Of a stretch of DNA of 62,802 nt, positions 18,720 through 27,534 are shown one piece after another (within the stretch, counting starts at the first letter, position 1; every line of letters begins with the position of its first letter). A program made the translations under genes and the position numbers. Origin of the DNA: an uncultured Bacteroidales bacterium (GTDB lineage: Bacteria; Bacteroidota; Bacteroidia; Bacteroidales; UBA12077). Under the pieces are notes generated by a model, which was not told where the DNA came from, made no database searches, and was given only the letters and a program-made list of their open reading frames with translations. The stretch spans positions 1 through 62,802 of the forward strand of contig CAYVEW010000005.1 of the NCBI GenBank assembly GCA_964450375.1, written 5' to 3'.

Positions 18720-19430
18720 TTGAATCGAAAAGTACTCTATACAATTACTTCACTGCTTTTGTTATTTATTCTGACAAGAAATGGTATGTCTCAGAATATG
18801 GCAGAAATTCCTACATTTGGAATAAAAGCCGGGGTTTTATTATCAACAGTTACAGGCGATGAAGCCATTGACCGCTATGCTAAAAAGCTGGGAACACAAA
18901 TCGGCTTAAGTGGTGCATATTATTTTTCTCCACATTTATCTGTTTGTGCCGAATTAAATTATGAGTTAAAAGGAGCCAAGTTCAGCAACCACGACATGAA
19001 AATGCATTTGCATTATGTGACTCTTCCATTATACCTAAAATTTGGCGTTTCAAGCGATCCGGAAATTTACTTCTATGGTGGTGCTTATGGTTCGTATTTG
19101 CTTTCTGCCAAAACCGAGGGGAAGTATGAAATTATTATTGGTGAAGATTATATAAATCAATCCATAAACGAAGATATTTATTCCAACCTAACCAAATTTG
19201 ATGTGGGCATTTTAGCCGGAGTAGGAGCACAGGGGCGTTTTAACCGTTGGTTGGATATTTTTATTGATTTACGTTATACCCAGGGATTTTTTAATTTAGA
19301 TAATCAGTCGGCACTTTACCGATATAACTTCAATCATACGGAATTTTGGCCCGAACAAAGCATTGATAAGCCCAAAAACAGAGCTTTTATGTTAACAGTT
19401 GGGTTTATTTACTTTTTTGATCCTCGCTAA
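18720..19430 (+). CDS. Outer-membrane beta-barrel (PorT-like/porin family) protein
   Basis: Signal peptide, FGIKAG, ELNYELKG, YVTLPL, DLRYTQG and a terminal aromatic strand (VGFIYF). TTG start is uncertain. Confidence 0.8.
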   Translation: MNRKVLYTITSLLLLFILTRNGMSQNMAEIPTFGIKAGVLLSTVTGDEAIDRYAKKLGTQIGLSGAYYFSPHLSVCAELNYELKGAKFSNHDMKMHLHYVTLPLYLKFGVSSDPEIYFYGGAYGSYLLSAKTEGKYEIIIGEDYINQSINEDIYSNLTKFDVGILAGVGAQGRFNRWLDIFIDLRYTQGFFNLDNQSALYRYNFNHTEFWPEQSIDKPKNRAFMLTVGFIYFFDPR

Positions 19431-20086
19431 TCGGGCTGGTTTGTGGTATTCCATTCCAGGTATAAATCGTCAACGGAATAGTAAAGCGCTCCTTCTTTTA
19501 TCATTGCTTCCGCACACGGATTGGTCATTTCAACGAAACATAATTCACCTTCCAGTAGGTCGGCAGGATCATCTTTACGTGTTAATTTCACTTCTCCTTC
19601 GATGGCAACAAAAAATCTGGTCGTAAATTCCGGAGAGTTTGATTCATCCATGGTATTCTTTTCCTGAATAATTAAAAAGGATGTAATTTCTTCACTCATA
19701 TTTCGAATGCCCGATGTATTGGTTAAAAAATTACTAAGGTGTGGATATTCCCGAGAGATAACAGTAGTAATTGTGTTTTGCTGGGCCCAGTTGTATCCCA
19801 TGGTTGTTTCAATCGGGTTGCAATTCGGAACAAATGATTTGGTACTTAAAGGTAAATTAAATTTAAGTGCTGTAATAAGCGTAGCGTTATGAACTGTGTC
19901 AATTGCTACAAGCATTGCAGCTCCTGAGCTTCCGAAATCGTCGTAACCCATTGTTTTATGAAAAGTAATCTCGTAATCGGTATATTCTAAATCTTCAAGG
20001 CAAGTATAAAAAATGTCCAGGTCTTCTTCGCATCCCGAAAAAATTGTAAATAAGATAATAAAAACTGAAATTATAATTTTGTTCAT
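19427..20086 (-). CDS. Hypothetical lipoprotein
   Basis: MNKIIISVFIILFTIFSG-C lipobox followed by acidic residues (EEDLD). Start at ATG 20086. Confidence 0.7.
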   Translation of the reverse strand: MNKIIISVFIILFTIFSGCEEDLDIFYTCLEDLEYTDYEITFHKTMGYDDFGSSGAAMLVAIDTVHNATLITALKFNLPLSTKSFVPNCNPIETTMGYNWAQQNTITTVISREYPHLSNFLTNTSGIRNMSEEITSFLIIQEKNTMDESNSPEFTTRFFVAIEGEVKLTRKDDPADLLEGELCFVEMTNPCAEAMIKEGALYYSVDDLYLEWNTTNQPD

Positions 20087-20169
20087 CAAATGGTATCCTT
20101 TACTTTATTAATTTTATGTAAGTTTTTATTGGTTGCTTCTGTTAACTGCCATCATTATTTCTTTCAAAA

Positions 20170-20240
20170 ATAGTGTCGGGCTAATTAGATTAAGTACCTT
20201 ATTCAACTGCCCGATTCTGACAGTTGCTTTAATCTAATTT
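20170..20240 (-). ncRNA. Candidate structured 5' leader RNA
   Basis: Perfect 11-bp outer stem, 6-bp inner stem, and loop/tail complementarity; begins just downstream of an ECF-type promoter. Matches no family I can name. Confidence 0.3.
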
Positions 20241-20243
20241 CTT

Positions 20244-20271
20244 AGACGGTTAAAAATACCGAAGGGTTGCT
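20244..20271 (-). promoter_or_regulatory. ECF-sigma-type promoter (GCAAC-N17-CGTCT)
   Basis: Minus strand GCAAC (20270-20266), 17 nt, CGTCT (20248-20244); a similar site lies at 56978-57004. Confidence 0.5.
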
Positions 20272-20307
20272 ATAATAGTTTATTTTTCAGCAAATAATAA
20301 CTATTTT

Positions 20308-20937
20308 CTAATTATTAAGTAATTCCTGGAATAATTTTAGGAATTGGGCAGCATGAAATCCGTCAACCAGTCCGTGATGTCCATTAATGGCAATGTTCAT
20401 TATTTTTTTATTTCCGGTTTCTTCAAATTTACCAAAAGTGATTTTTGGGACACTATCTTTAAACTTGTAATTACGTGCATGTGTTAAACCTGTGATTTTA
20501 AACCACGGAACCGATGAATAATGCACCACATCTTTTCGTATGGTATCTTTATTAACTCCCAATCCTGATATGCTTTTTACTCTTTTTTCTTCCGCTTTAA
20601 ATGCATCGCTAAAAGCCTTCAGATCATCGGAATATTCAATAAACGACATGGCGTACAAATGATCTTTATTAATTATTGTAGCCGATGCATTTATTTTATC
20701 GAAACAAATAACCTGCTCATCTTCAATTCTGTACCTGAACTCTTCAATGGAATTAATTGCTTTTAAGGATTTATGCAAATAGGTATGGTAAAATGGAATA
20801 TTTTCTTTTTTGGATTTGATGTATGCACTGGTGCAATCAATTTCGGAAACAATGCCCCAAAAAGGCTCGTCGAAATTTTTAAACCATTCATAATGTTCTT
20901 TCCTAATCCAGGAATTTATATCAATGTATTTAGGCAT
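20308..20937 (-). CDS. Type A chloramphenicol acetyltransferase family protein
   Basis: IDINSW.RKEHYEWF, SSVPW, PKITFGKF and the catalytic motif HHGLVDGFH. Confidence 0.88.
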   Translation of the reverse strand: MPKYIDINSWIRKEHYEWFKNFDEPFWGIVSEIDCTSAYIKSKKENIPFYHTYLHKSLKAINSIEEFRYRIEDEQVICFDKINASATIINKDHLYAMSFIEYSDDLKAFSDAFKAEEKRVKSISGLGVNKDTIRKDVVHYSSVPWFKITGLTHARNYKFKDSVPKITFGKFEETGNKKIMNIAINGHHGLVDGFHAAQFLKLFQELLNN

Positions 20938-21633
20938 CTATAAAAAATTTAAGATTTTTGTTATCTTATCAAGACTTAAAAATTCGTTATCGTTAAGATC
21001 ATCATCGGAAACATGTTCAAAAGTCCAGGTTGTGTGATAAGGAATGTGTATTGCTTTACTTCCAATCTTCAGTACCGGCAGAATATCTGATTTTAGCGAA
21101 TTGCCAACCATAATGAATTCCGATGGATGAATATCTAAATGCTTTATAAGTTTAAGATAGTCGGATTCCTTTTTATCGCTCATAATTTCGATATGATGGA
21201 AATATTTCTCTAAACCCGATTTTTTTAGTTTACGCTCCTGATCGAGCAAATCGCCTTTTGTTGCAACAATTAAACGATAGTCTTTTTTACTTAACCGATC
21301 CAATACTGTTTTAATTCCATCAAGCAATTCAATGTTTTTATTTAATAACTCTTTTCCTAAATCGATAATATTTAAAATGGTATCATTTGGTATTTGGTAA
21401 TCGCTTACTTTTATGGCTGTTTCGATTAAAGATAAGATAAAAGCTTTTACTCCATAACCATATATGCTTAGGTTGTTTATTTCTGTCTCAAAGAGTTTTT
21501 CAGAAGCTTTCTTCTCCGGCACATAGCGGCTAACCAATTCGCAAAATTTGGTTTCAATTTCTTTAAAATAGGGCTCGTTAACCCATAAAGTATCATCGGC
21601 ATCAAAACCAATTACTTTAATATTTGTAAACAT
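20938..21633 (-). CDS. HAD family hydrolase
   Basis: FDADDTLWVNE, ATKGDLLDQERKL and MVGNSLKSDI motifs. Confidence 0.93.
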   Translation of the reverse strand: MFTNIKVIGFDADDTLWVNEPYFKEIETKFCELVSRYVPEKKASEKLFETEINNLSIYGYGVKAFILSLIETAIKVSDYQIPNDTILNIIDLGKELLNKNIELLDGIKTVLDRLSKKDYRLIVATKGDLLDQERKLKKSGLEKYFHHIEIMSDKKESDYLKLIKHLDIHPSEFIMVGNSLKSDILPVLKIGSKAIHIPYHTTWTFEHVSDDDLNDNEFLSLDKITKILNFL

Positions 21634-21653
21634 AAAATTGTACTTATCTTGAA

Positions 21654-22175
21654 TTAATATAATTGCCTGATTTCCTTTTTAATTAAATCCAGAGCCAGGT
21701 TGATGGGCGATTTTTCCTGAATCATTACATCTTCCAATATGGCTTTGCTTAATTCAAAAGCAGGAGCATTGGGATTTACCCGTTTAGCAGTTGAGTTAAT
21801 TAGCTGAATAATAGTGGTTCGGGCATTTTTAATAATTTCCCACACTTGTGGCGATACATAAATTTGTTGCGACACATTGTGGTCGAATTCTGCCCTGATT
21901 TGATTGAGTAACTCAGAGTGCAACTGTTTGGCAGTCATTTTTGGTGTGCCAATTCGCATGATTAATGCTTCGGGCGATATTCTTTCCAAAAGTAACGTTA
22001 GCCTTTCGTAGGCTTGCAAACGAATCGGTGTAATGGTTTGTTGGTTCTTAAATATAATTTCGTGATTTCTCCTGTTTTGATCATTCGAAACCATTTGTTT
22101 TATAATGATCCAACTGGTAATAAGAACAACAATTGCAGGAAGTGTGTATTTTAAAATCTCTAATATTTCGTTCAT
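21654..22175 (-). CDS. Conserved Bacteroidetes membrane-anchored hypothetical protein
   Basis: N-terminal TM helix; RLQAYERL.L.LERISP and EFDHNVSQQIYVS pattern. Confidence 0.75.
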   Translation of the reverse strand: MNEILEILKYTLPAIVVLITSWIIIKQMVSNDQNRRNHEIIFKNQQTITPIRLQAYERLTLLLERISPEALIMRIGTPKMTAKQLHSELLNQIRAEFDHNVSQQIYVSPQVWEIIKNARTTIIQLINSTAKRVNPNAPAFELSKAILEDVMIQEKSPINLALDLIKKEIRQLY

Positions 22176-22367
22176 AACTGGTTAATTAATTTCATTTACT
22201 TACAGTTTAAAAGATGTTGCTATACAACACAAATTAATCATCTTAATTATTTTATCTTTGCAATATAAAATAAAATAGTTTCAAAGTATAAGTATCGAAA
22301 CAGATTTGATCAAAATTAATAAATAATTGTGAAAGGTCGTTCAAATACCGATTTAAAGTAAAATAAT

Positions 22368-23564
22368 ATGGAAAATGTTTCATTAAGAGTAGCCAGTTTA
22401 GCGGTATCGCAAACTTTAGAAATGAGTCAGAAGAGCAGAGATCTGCAAGCTCAAGGCTACGATATCATTAATTTAAGTGTTGGTGAACCTGATTTTAACA
22501 CGCCGGAGCATATTAAGGAAGCTGCTATAAAGGCAATTAACGAAAATTATAGTCATTATACCCCTGTTCCCGGATATCCGGCATTATTGGAAGCAATTTC
22601 CAACAAACTGAAAAGAGAAAACAACCTGGATTATGCAAAAGACCAGATTGTGGTATCGTGTGGTGCAAAGCATTCACTGGCTAATGTAATTTTATCTTTG
22701 GTTAATAAAGGTGATGAGGTAATTGTACCAGCTCCTTATTGGGTAAGTTATGTGGAGATGGTTAAGCTGGCCGAAGGAGTGAATGTGGTTGTAGAAACAG
22801 GTATTGATCATGATTTTAAAATTACACCTGAGCAATTAAAAAACGCAATTACGCCTAAAACAAAGGCGGTATTTTTATGTTCTCCATCAAATCCTACCGG
22901 TAGCTTATATTCAAAAGATGAATTAAAGGCTCTTGCTGAAGTTATTGCAAATGCTGATCACGATATTTATATCTTGTCGGATGAAATTTATGAACACATT
23001 AATTTTGTTGGGAAGCATGAAAGTATAGCGCAGTTTGATTTTATTCGCGATAAAGTTATTATTATCAATGGTGTATCGAAAGGATACGCAATGACCGGTT
23101 GGCGCATTGGATTTATTGCAGCTCCTAAATGGATCGCGAAAGCTTGCACAAAAATTCAAGGACAGGTTACTTCTGGCGTTACATCCATATCGCAAATGGC
23201 ATCGATTGCTGCATTTAATACCGAGAGCAATTGTATTACAGATATGGTTAAGGCTTTTAAACGCCGAAGAGATTTGGTGGTGGAATTAATGAAAGATATT
23301 CCGGGATTAAAGAATAATGTTCCCGAAGGTGCTTTTTATCTATTCCCTGAAGCAAAATCATATTTTGGAAAAACGGATGGAAAGCGAACCATTAAGGATG
23401 CAAATGATTTATGCATATATATTCTAGAAGAAGCACACGTTGCAACTGTTTCGGGAGATGCTTTTGGTTCTCCGGATTATATTCGGTTTTCGTATGCAAC
23501 ATCAGACGAAAGATTGAAGGAAGCATTACAACGAATGAAAACAGCCTTAGATAAACTGAAGTAA
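22368..23564 (+). CDS. Class I/II PLP aminotransferase (aspartate aminotransferase-like)
   Basis: LSVGEPDF, SPSNPTG, SDEIYE and SKGYAMTGWRIG motifs; TATCTTTG -7 element at 22253-22260. Confidence 0.95.
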   Translation: MENVSLRVASLAVSQTLEMSQKSRDLQAQGYDIINLSVGEPDFNTPEHIKEAAIKAINENYSHYTPVPGYPALLEAISNKLKRENNLDYAKDQIVVSCGAKHSLANVILSLVNKGDEVIVPAPYWVSYVEMVKLAEGVNVVVETGIDHDFKITPEQLKNAITPKTKAVFLCSPSNPTGSLYSKDELKALAEVIANADHDIYILSDEIYEHINFVGKHESIAQFDFIRDKVIIINGVSKGYAMTGWRIGFIAAPKWIAKACTKIQGQVTSGVTSISQMASIAAFNTESNCITDMVKAFKRRRDLVVELMKDIPGLKNNVPEGAFYLFPEAKSYFGKTDGKRTIKDANDLCIYILEEAHVATVSGDAFGSPDYIRFSYATSDERLKEALQRMKTALDKLK

Positions 23565-23566
23565 TT

Positions 23567-23595
23567 AAAAATCCGGGAGTTACCCGGATTTTTTT
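23567..23595. terminator. Bidirectional terminator
   Basis: aaaaatccggg-agtta-cccggattttttt between convergent genes. Confidence 0.85.
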
Positions 23596-25453
23596 AATCT
23601 TGTTTTTCTATATGCTTGCAAATAGTGGCGTACAATTCTTTTATGTTAATAGGTTTTGAAATATAATCGTCGCAACCGGCTTTAAAACTTTTTTCTTTTT
23701 CCGACGACATGGTAAAGGCTGTTTGAACAATAATCGGAATATTCGGATTGATTTGTTTTATTTGCGTAGTAGCTTCTATTCCATCCATTACAGGCATTCT
23801 AATATCCATTAAAATCGCATCAATATCGGGATTCATTTTAAAGAATTTTACTGCATCTTTTCCATTTTCGGCATGTATAATTTCTACGTTTGTTTTTTGC
23901 AAGGATTTCTTTAGAAGTAGAAAGTTAGCTTCATCATCTTCGGCAATTAAAATGGTTTTTCCTGTCCAGTCATAATCTAATTTTGATTTTATATCTAGTT
24001 TATCAAAAGATATTTTAAAGCCAATAACCAAAATATCATCGAGTTGTTTGCGATCTCCTTTCCATTGTTCAAATGTGCGTTCCAGAATATACCTTTGTTC
24101 ATCAAGCGATTTTTCGCAATTTTCAAGGAGCAGGTTTCTAAAATTTGTAGCCAGGAATTTTCTTCCGGATTCGCCGCCAAACTGATCTGAAAAGCCATCG
24201 GAAAAAATATAAATTAAATCGTCTTGTTCAAGTTTAATTTCATGATTTTCAAATGATTCTTTAGCACGCCTATGTATTCCTATGGGCATTCTGTCGGCTT
24301 TGTATTCAATTAATTGGTTATTTCGGATTAAATAGAGTGGGTTATTGGCCCCTGCATATTCAATTACCTTTTTTTTGTGATTAATAATACAAAGAGCTAC
24401 ATCCATTCCATCCCGGCTTTCACCTAAGGAACCTGTTTGCCGCAACGAACTTATAATGTGCATCCGAAGTTCGTTTAGTATTTCATTGGCATGCACATTA
24501 GGATTTTTATTCACTATTTCATTTAAAAAGGTAATTCCCAACATGCTCATTAGCGCACCGGGGACTCCATGTCCGGTGCAGTCTGCTGCAGCAATAAAAA
24601 TTTTTTCGTCGACTTGCTTGGTCCAGTAAAAATCGCCACTAACAATATCGCGGGGTTTATAAAAAATAAAATGCTCCGATAAAAGGTGTTGTATAAATCT
24701 GTTTGGAGGAAGAACAGCAGATTGAATTCGTTTAGCGTAAATAATACTGTCTTCAATTTTTTTCTTTTGTATTTGCACTAAATCGTGCTGCTTTTTTATT
24801 TTGTGCTTTTGTTCGGCAATTTTATCTCCCTGTTTCATGATGAAATTCAGGTCGGTTTCCATCAATTCCTTTTGTTTTGAAATTTCAGTCTTTTCAATAG
24901 CTAAATTGTCTCTTTCTTTCTGGATCTTAGCTCGTTGGTTCTGGATTAGATCACCTTGCTTGATATAAAAATCCATTTCTTTTTCAAGCTCAGCTATTCG
25001 TTTTAAGTTTTCTGCTAATTCTTTTTCGTATTTTTTTTCTTCCGATTTTATTTTCGATATATCATTGGCAAGTAATACGTATCCCAGGTTTTCTTCTTTT
25101 TCGTTTTTTATTTCCGAAATTCGTGCCTGAAAATAGAAGTTATCTACTTTATTGGGTACTGTAAATTCAAACTCCTGGTTAATGGAAGTATCTTTTAATT
25201 TAATAAGAAATCGTTCAAGTTTTCGATGAAAATCATCGCTAATAAAAGCTTTACTATAATGTTTGCCAATTATGGATTTCGGATCAATATCAATCAAATT
25301 ATTCGATGAAGGAAACTGAACATTAACATATTCACCTTCGGGATTTAAAATAAACAAGAAATCACTCAGGGATGAGATGGTAAAAAATATATCTTTCTTA
25401 CTTAATTCGGTCTTGATAAATTCAAGGTCTTTATTTGATCCATCTTTTAGCAT
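23594..25453 (-). CDS. PAS - coiled coil - SpoIIE/PP2C phosphatase - receiver protein
   Basis: PAS-like N-terminus; PP2C motifs VSGDFYW, ADCTGHGVPGA, DGMD, FSDGFSDQFGG and DDILVIG; C-terminal REC (AEDD, MDIRMP, ISKP). Confidence 0.9.
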   Translation of the reverse strand: MLKDGSNKDLEFIKTELSKKDIFFTISSLSDFLFILNPEGEYVNVQFPSSNNLIDIDPKSIIGKHYSKAFISDDFHRKLERFLIKLKDTSINQEFEFTVPNKVDNFYFQARISEIKNEKEENLGYVLLANDISKIKSEEKKYEKELAENLKRIAELEKEMDFYIKQGDLIQNQRAKIQKERDNLAIEKTEISKQKELMETDLNFIMKQGDKIAEQKHKIKKQHDLVQIQKKKIEDSIIYAKRIQSAVLPPNRFIQHLLSEHFIFYKPRDIVSGDFYWTKQVDEKIFIAAADCTGHGVPGALMSMLGITFLNEIVNKNPNVHANEILNELRMHIISSLRQTGSLGESRDGMDVALCIINHKKKVIEYAGANNPLYLIRNNQLIEYKADRMPIGIHRRAKESFENHEIKLEQDDLIYIFSDGFSDQFGGESGRKFLATNFRNLLLENCEKSLDEQRYILERTFEQWKGDRKQLDDILVIGFKISFDKLDIKSKLDYDWTGKTILIAEDDEANFLLLKKSLQKTNVEIIHAENGKDAVKFFKMNPDIDAILMDIRMPVMDGIEATTQIKQINPNIPIIVQTAFTMSSEKEKSFKAGCDDYISKPINIKELYATICKHIEKQD

Positions 25454-25456
25454 AGT

Positions 25457-25825
25457 TTAATTCATTAAAATGTTTTTTACTTTTCGTAAAACGTTATTTA
25501 CATCAATGGGTTTATTTAACAGGCCAACCGCACCTGCATTAATTGCCTTTTCATTTATTCCGTCATCGTTTCTTGCAGTTATAAACAAAACCGGAATGTG
25601 ATTTGTTTCCGGACAATTTTTTATTTCATTCAACAACGAAAAACCATCCTGATCAGGCATCATAATATCCAGCAAAATTAAACCGGGTTTTTCGACCTTT
25701 AATATTTTAAGCGCTTCTTTAGCACTGAAGGCAATGGTTGAATCAATACCTTCCAAATCCAGAATACTCTGTAAAAGAAAATTATTGGTGTTTGAATCGT
25801 CGATTATTAACACTTTCTTATTCAT
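25457..25825 (-). CDS. Single-domain response regulator
   Basis: IIDDS, LLDIMMPDQDG, FITA and LLNKP motifs. Confidence 0.92.
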   Translation of the reverse strand: MNKKVLIIDDSNTNNFLLQSILDLEGIDSTIAFSAKEALKILKVEKPGLILLDIMMPDQDGFSLLNEIKNCPETNHIPVLFITARNDDGINEKAINAGAVGLLNKPIDVNNVLRKVKNILMN

Positions 25826-25836
25826 CACTACAAGAT

Positions 25837-26898
25837 CTATTTTTTATTATTTATGTAATCGAGTAATCGTTTTTTGTTACTTTCAAAACCAATTGCCTGG
25901 CTCACTGTGGTGTAATAATCCGTTGGATCCATCACAAAATCATAAGCATAAAAAGCAATATCTAACCTGGAATTTTCGTAATCAAATAAATCGATGATCC
26001 CTTTAATTTGCTCAGATGTAAAACATTTCTTTGTTTGAATAAGATGTTTTGCAGAATTTAGCTTTGTTGAGTTAAATTTTTCGTTCCGAATTGTGCTTAT
26101 TACTTGATTATACTCACTTTCGCTTACTTTACAGCTGTTGTCGGCGGTTGAGCCTTGCGAACTTAAAAAGTTCATGAATTCACTTCTTACTTTCGGAGTA
26201 CTGAAAACTTGTTTCATTTCGATGTAATTGTCCAAATCGTAAACCGAATTTAAAGCTTCTTTTGCAAAAGAGAGTCGAAAGTATTCTTTATTTAATAGCG
26301 AAGCAATTTTCATTAAATGAGCAGTGGCGAGACAATGATTTCTAACAAAATCAATTGCATTATTATAACGCGCTTCATCATCTTTAATTTCATATATTTT
26401 TTTAACGGCCAGATCAAAACGATGTTCAGGAATTAAGTCGTGGCAGTTTTTGTTTCCGGAATATAACCTGTACGAAGGATATTTATAATCGGGGAATTGA
26501 ATGCCGTTAGTTGTTTCTTCGCTGGTGTCGTTATTTTCCTGGTTTAAGCCTTGGATAAAGTCATGCAATCTGAAAACTACTGAGTAATAAAGGAATGCAT
26601 CATACACATCGTAAAAATTCTCTTTATCTGTTGTGTTAGGATAAGCTATTTTTGCAAACTCATATCGATCGTAATCGTTTTCGAACAATGCTGCCAGCTC
26701 TTTTACCTGTGCGCTCGAAAAACAGTAGTTTGTTGCTATTTGTTTTGCGGTAGTAAGTTTGGTATTTTCGGTAGGCCTGTTTTTTATTTGATTGTATTTC
26801 TGTTGAAATTGCTGATTTGGTAAAGGCTGGGTGCAATTTTGTGCATATACTATTCCTCCCAATGCTGTTAATAGAATAAAAACAACAAGTTTTTTCAT
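25837..26898 (-). CDS. Secreted protein with three DUF4476-like repeats
   Basis: Signal peptide; three units of the type KL..AK......CF.S.Q.K.....F..D..R...AK.AY....D..NY. Confidence 0.78.
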   Translation of the reverse strand: MKKLVVFILLTALGGIVYAQNCTQPLPNQQFQQKYNQIKNRPTENTKLTTAKQIATNYCFSSAQVKELAALFENDYDRYEFAKIAYPNTTDKENFYDVYDAFLYYSVVFRLHDFIQGLNQENNDTSEETTNGIQFPDYKYPSYRLYSGNKNCHDLIPEHRFDLAVKKIYEIKDDEARYNNAIDFVRNHCLATAHLMKIASLLNKEYFRLSFAKEALNSVYDLDNYIEMKQVFSTPKVRSEFMNFLSSQGSTADNSCKVSESEYNQVISTIRNEKFNSTKLNSAKHLIQTKKCFTSEQIKGIIDLFDYENSRLDIAFYAYDFVMDPTDYYTTVSQAIGFESNKKRLLDYINNKK

Positions 26899-26958
26899 AA
26901 GCTCGAATGTTAATTTTGTTGATTAAACTATTTGTAAAAAAACAAATAGCGAGAATTT

Positions 26959-27327
26959 TTATAATTCTTCGTATTCAATATATTTAAATGGGATACCAAT
27001 TATAGATTCAAAGTATTGTCCTGATTCCAATACATCCAGATCGCCTTCTTCGTAAAACCAGTTAACCAGAATATTAGAATTGTTGGGGTTATTCTCCAAT
27101 AAACGAAGCATTTCTAAAATGAATTTAGATGAACTGGTGTTAAAGTATTCTAATTTAATGTCAACACGAATCTCAGAAGCAGTAAATTCTCTTGTCCAGT
27201 CGAGAAGTGGTTTGAAAAATGATGCAGCATCTTCAGGTATCGATCGCCCCTCAATTTTCAGAACACCATTAGCACTTAATGCAACGGAAGGAGTTTTTTC
27301 TGTTTCCTTTATAATTAAATCTTTCAT
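26959..27327 (-). CDS. siaC: SiaC family (DUF1987) phosphoprotein
   Basis: T..TP.V, I.GRSIPE, LEYFNTSSSK (phospho-Thr motif) and VNWFYEE.D.D..E.G motifs. Confidence 0.88.
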   Translation of the reverse strand: MKDLIIKETEKTPSVALSANGVLKIEGRSIPEDAASFFKPLLDWTREFTASEIRVDIKLEYFNTSSSKFILEMLRLLENNPNNSNILVNWFYEEGDLDVLESGQYFESIIGIPFKYIEYEEL

Positions 27328-27534
27328 ATCCTAATCTAAATGTTTAACCCAATTTAAGAATTTTCTTTTTCTTTTAAAAGCAAAAATCAATACTAATTTA
27401 CAACATATTTACAATAATTTGCAAATTACTTGACCGAATGTTAAAAATATTACATAATTAACCAATTTTTATCAAGAAAAGAAACCAAAATTAATATAAT
27501 TTTGTTCGGTAAATGAAGAAAAAACTGAAAAGAA

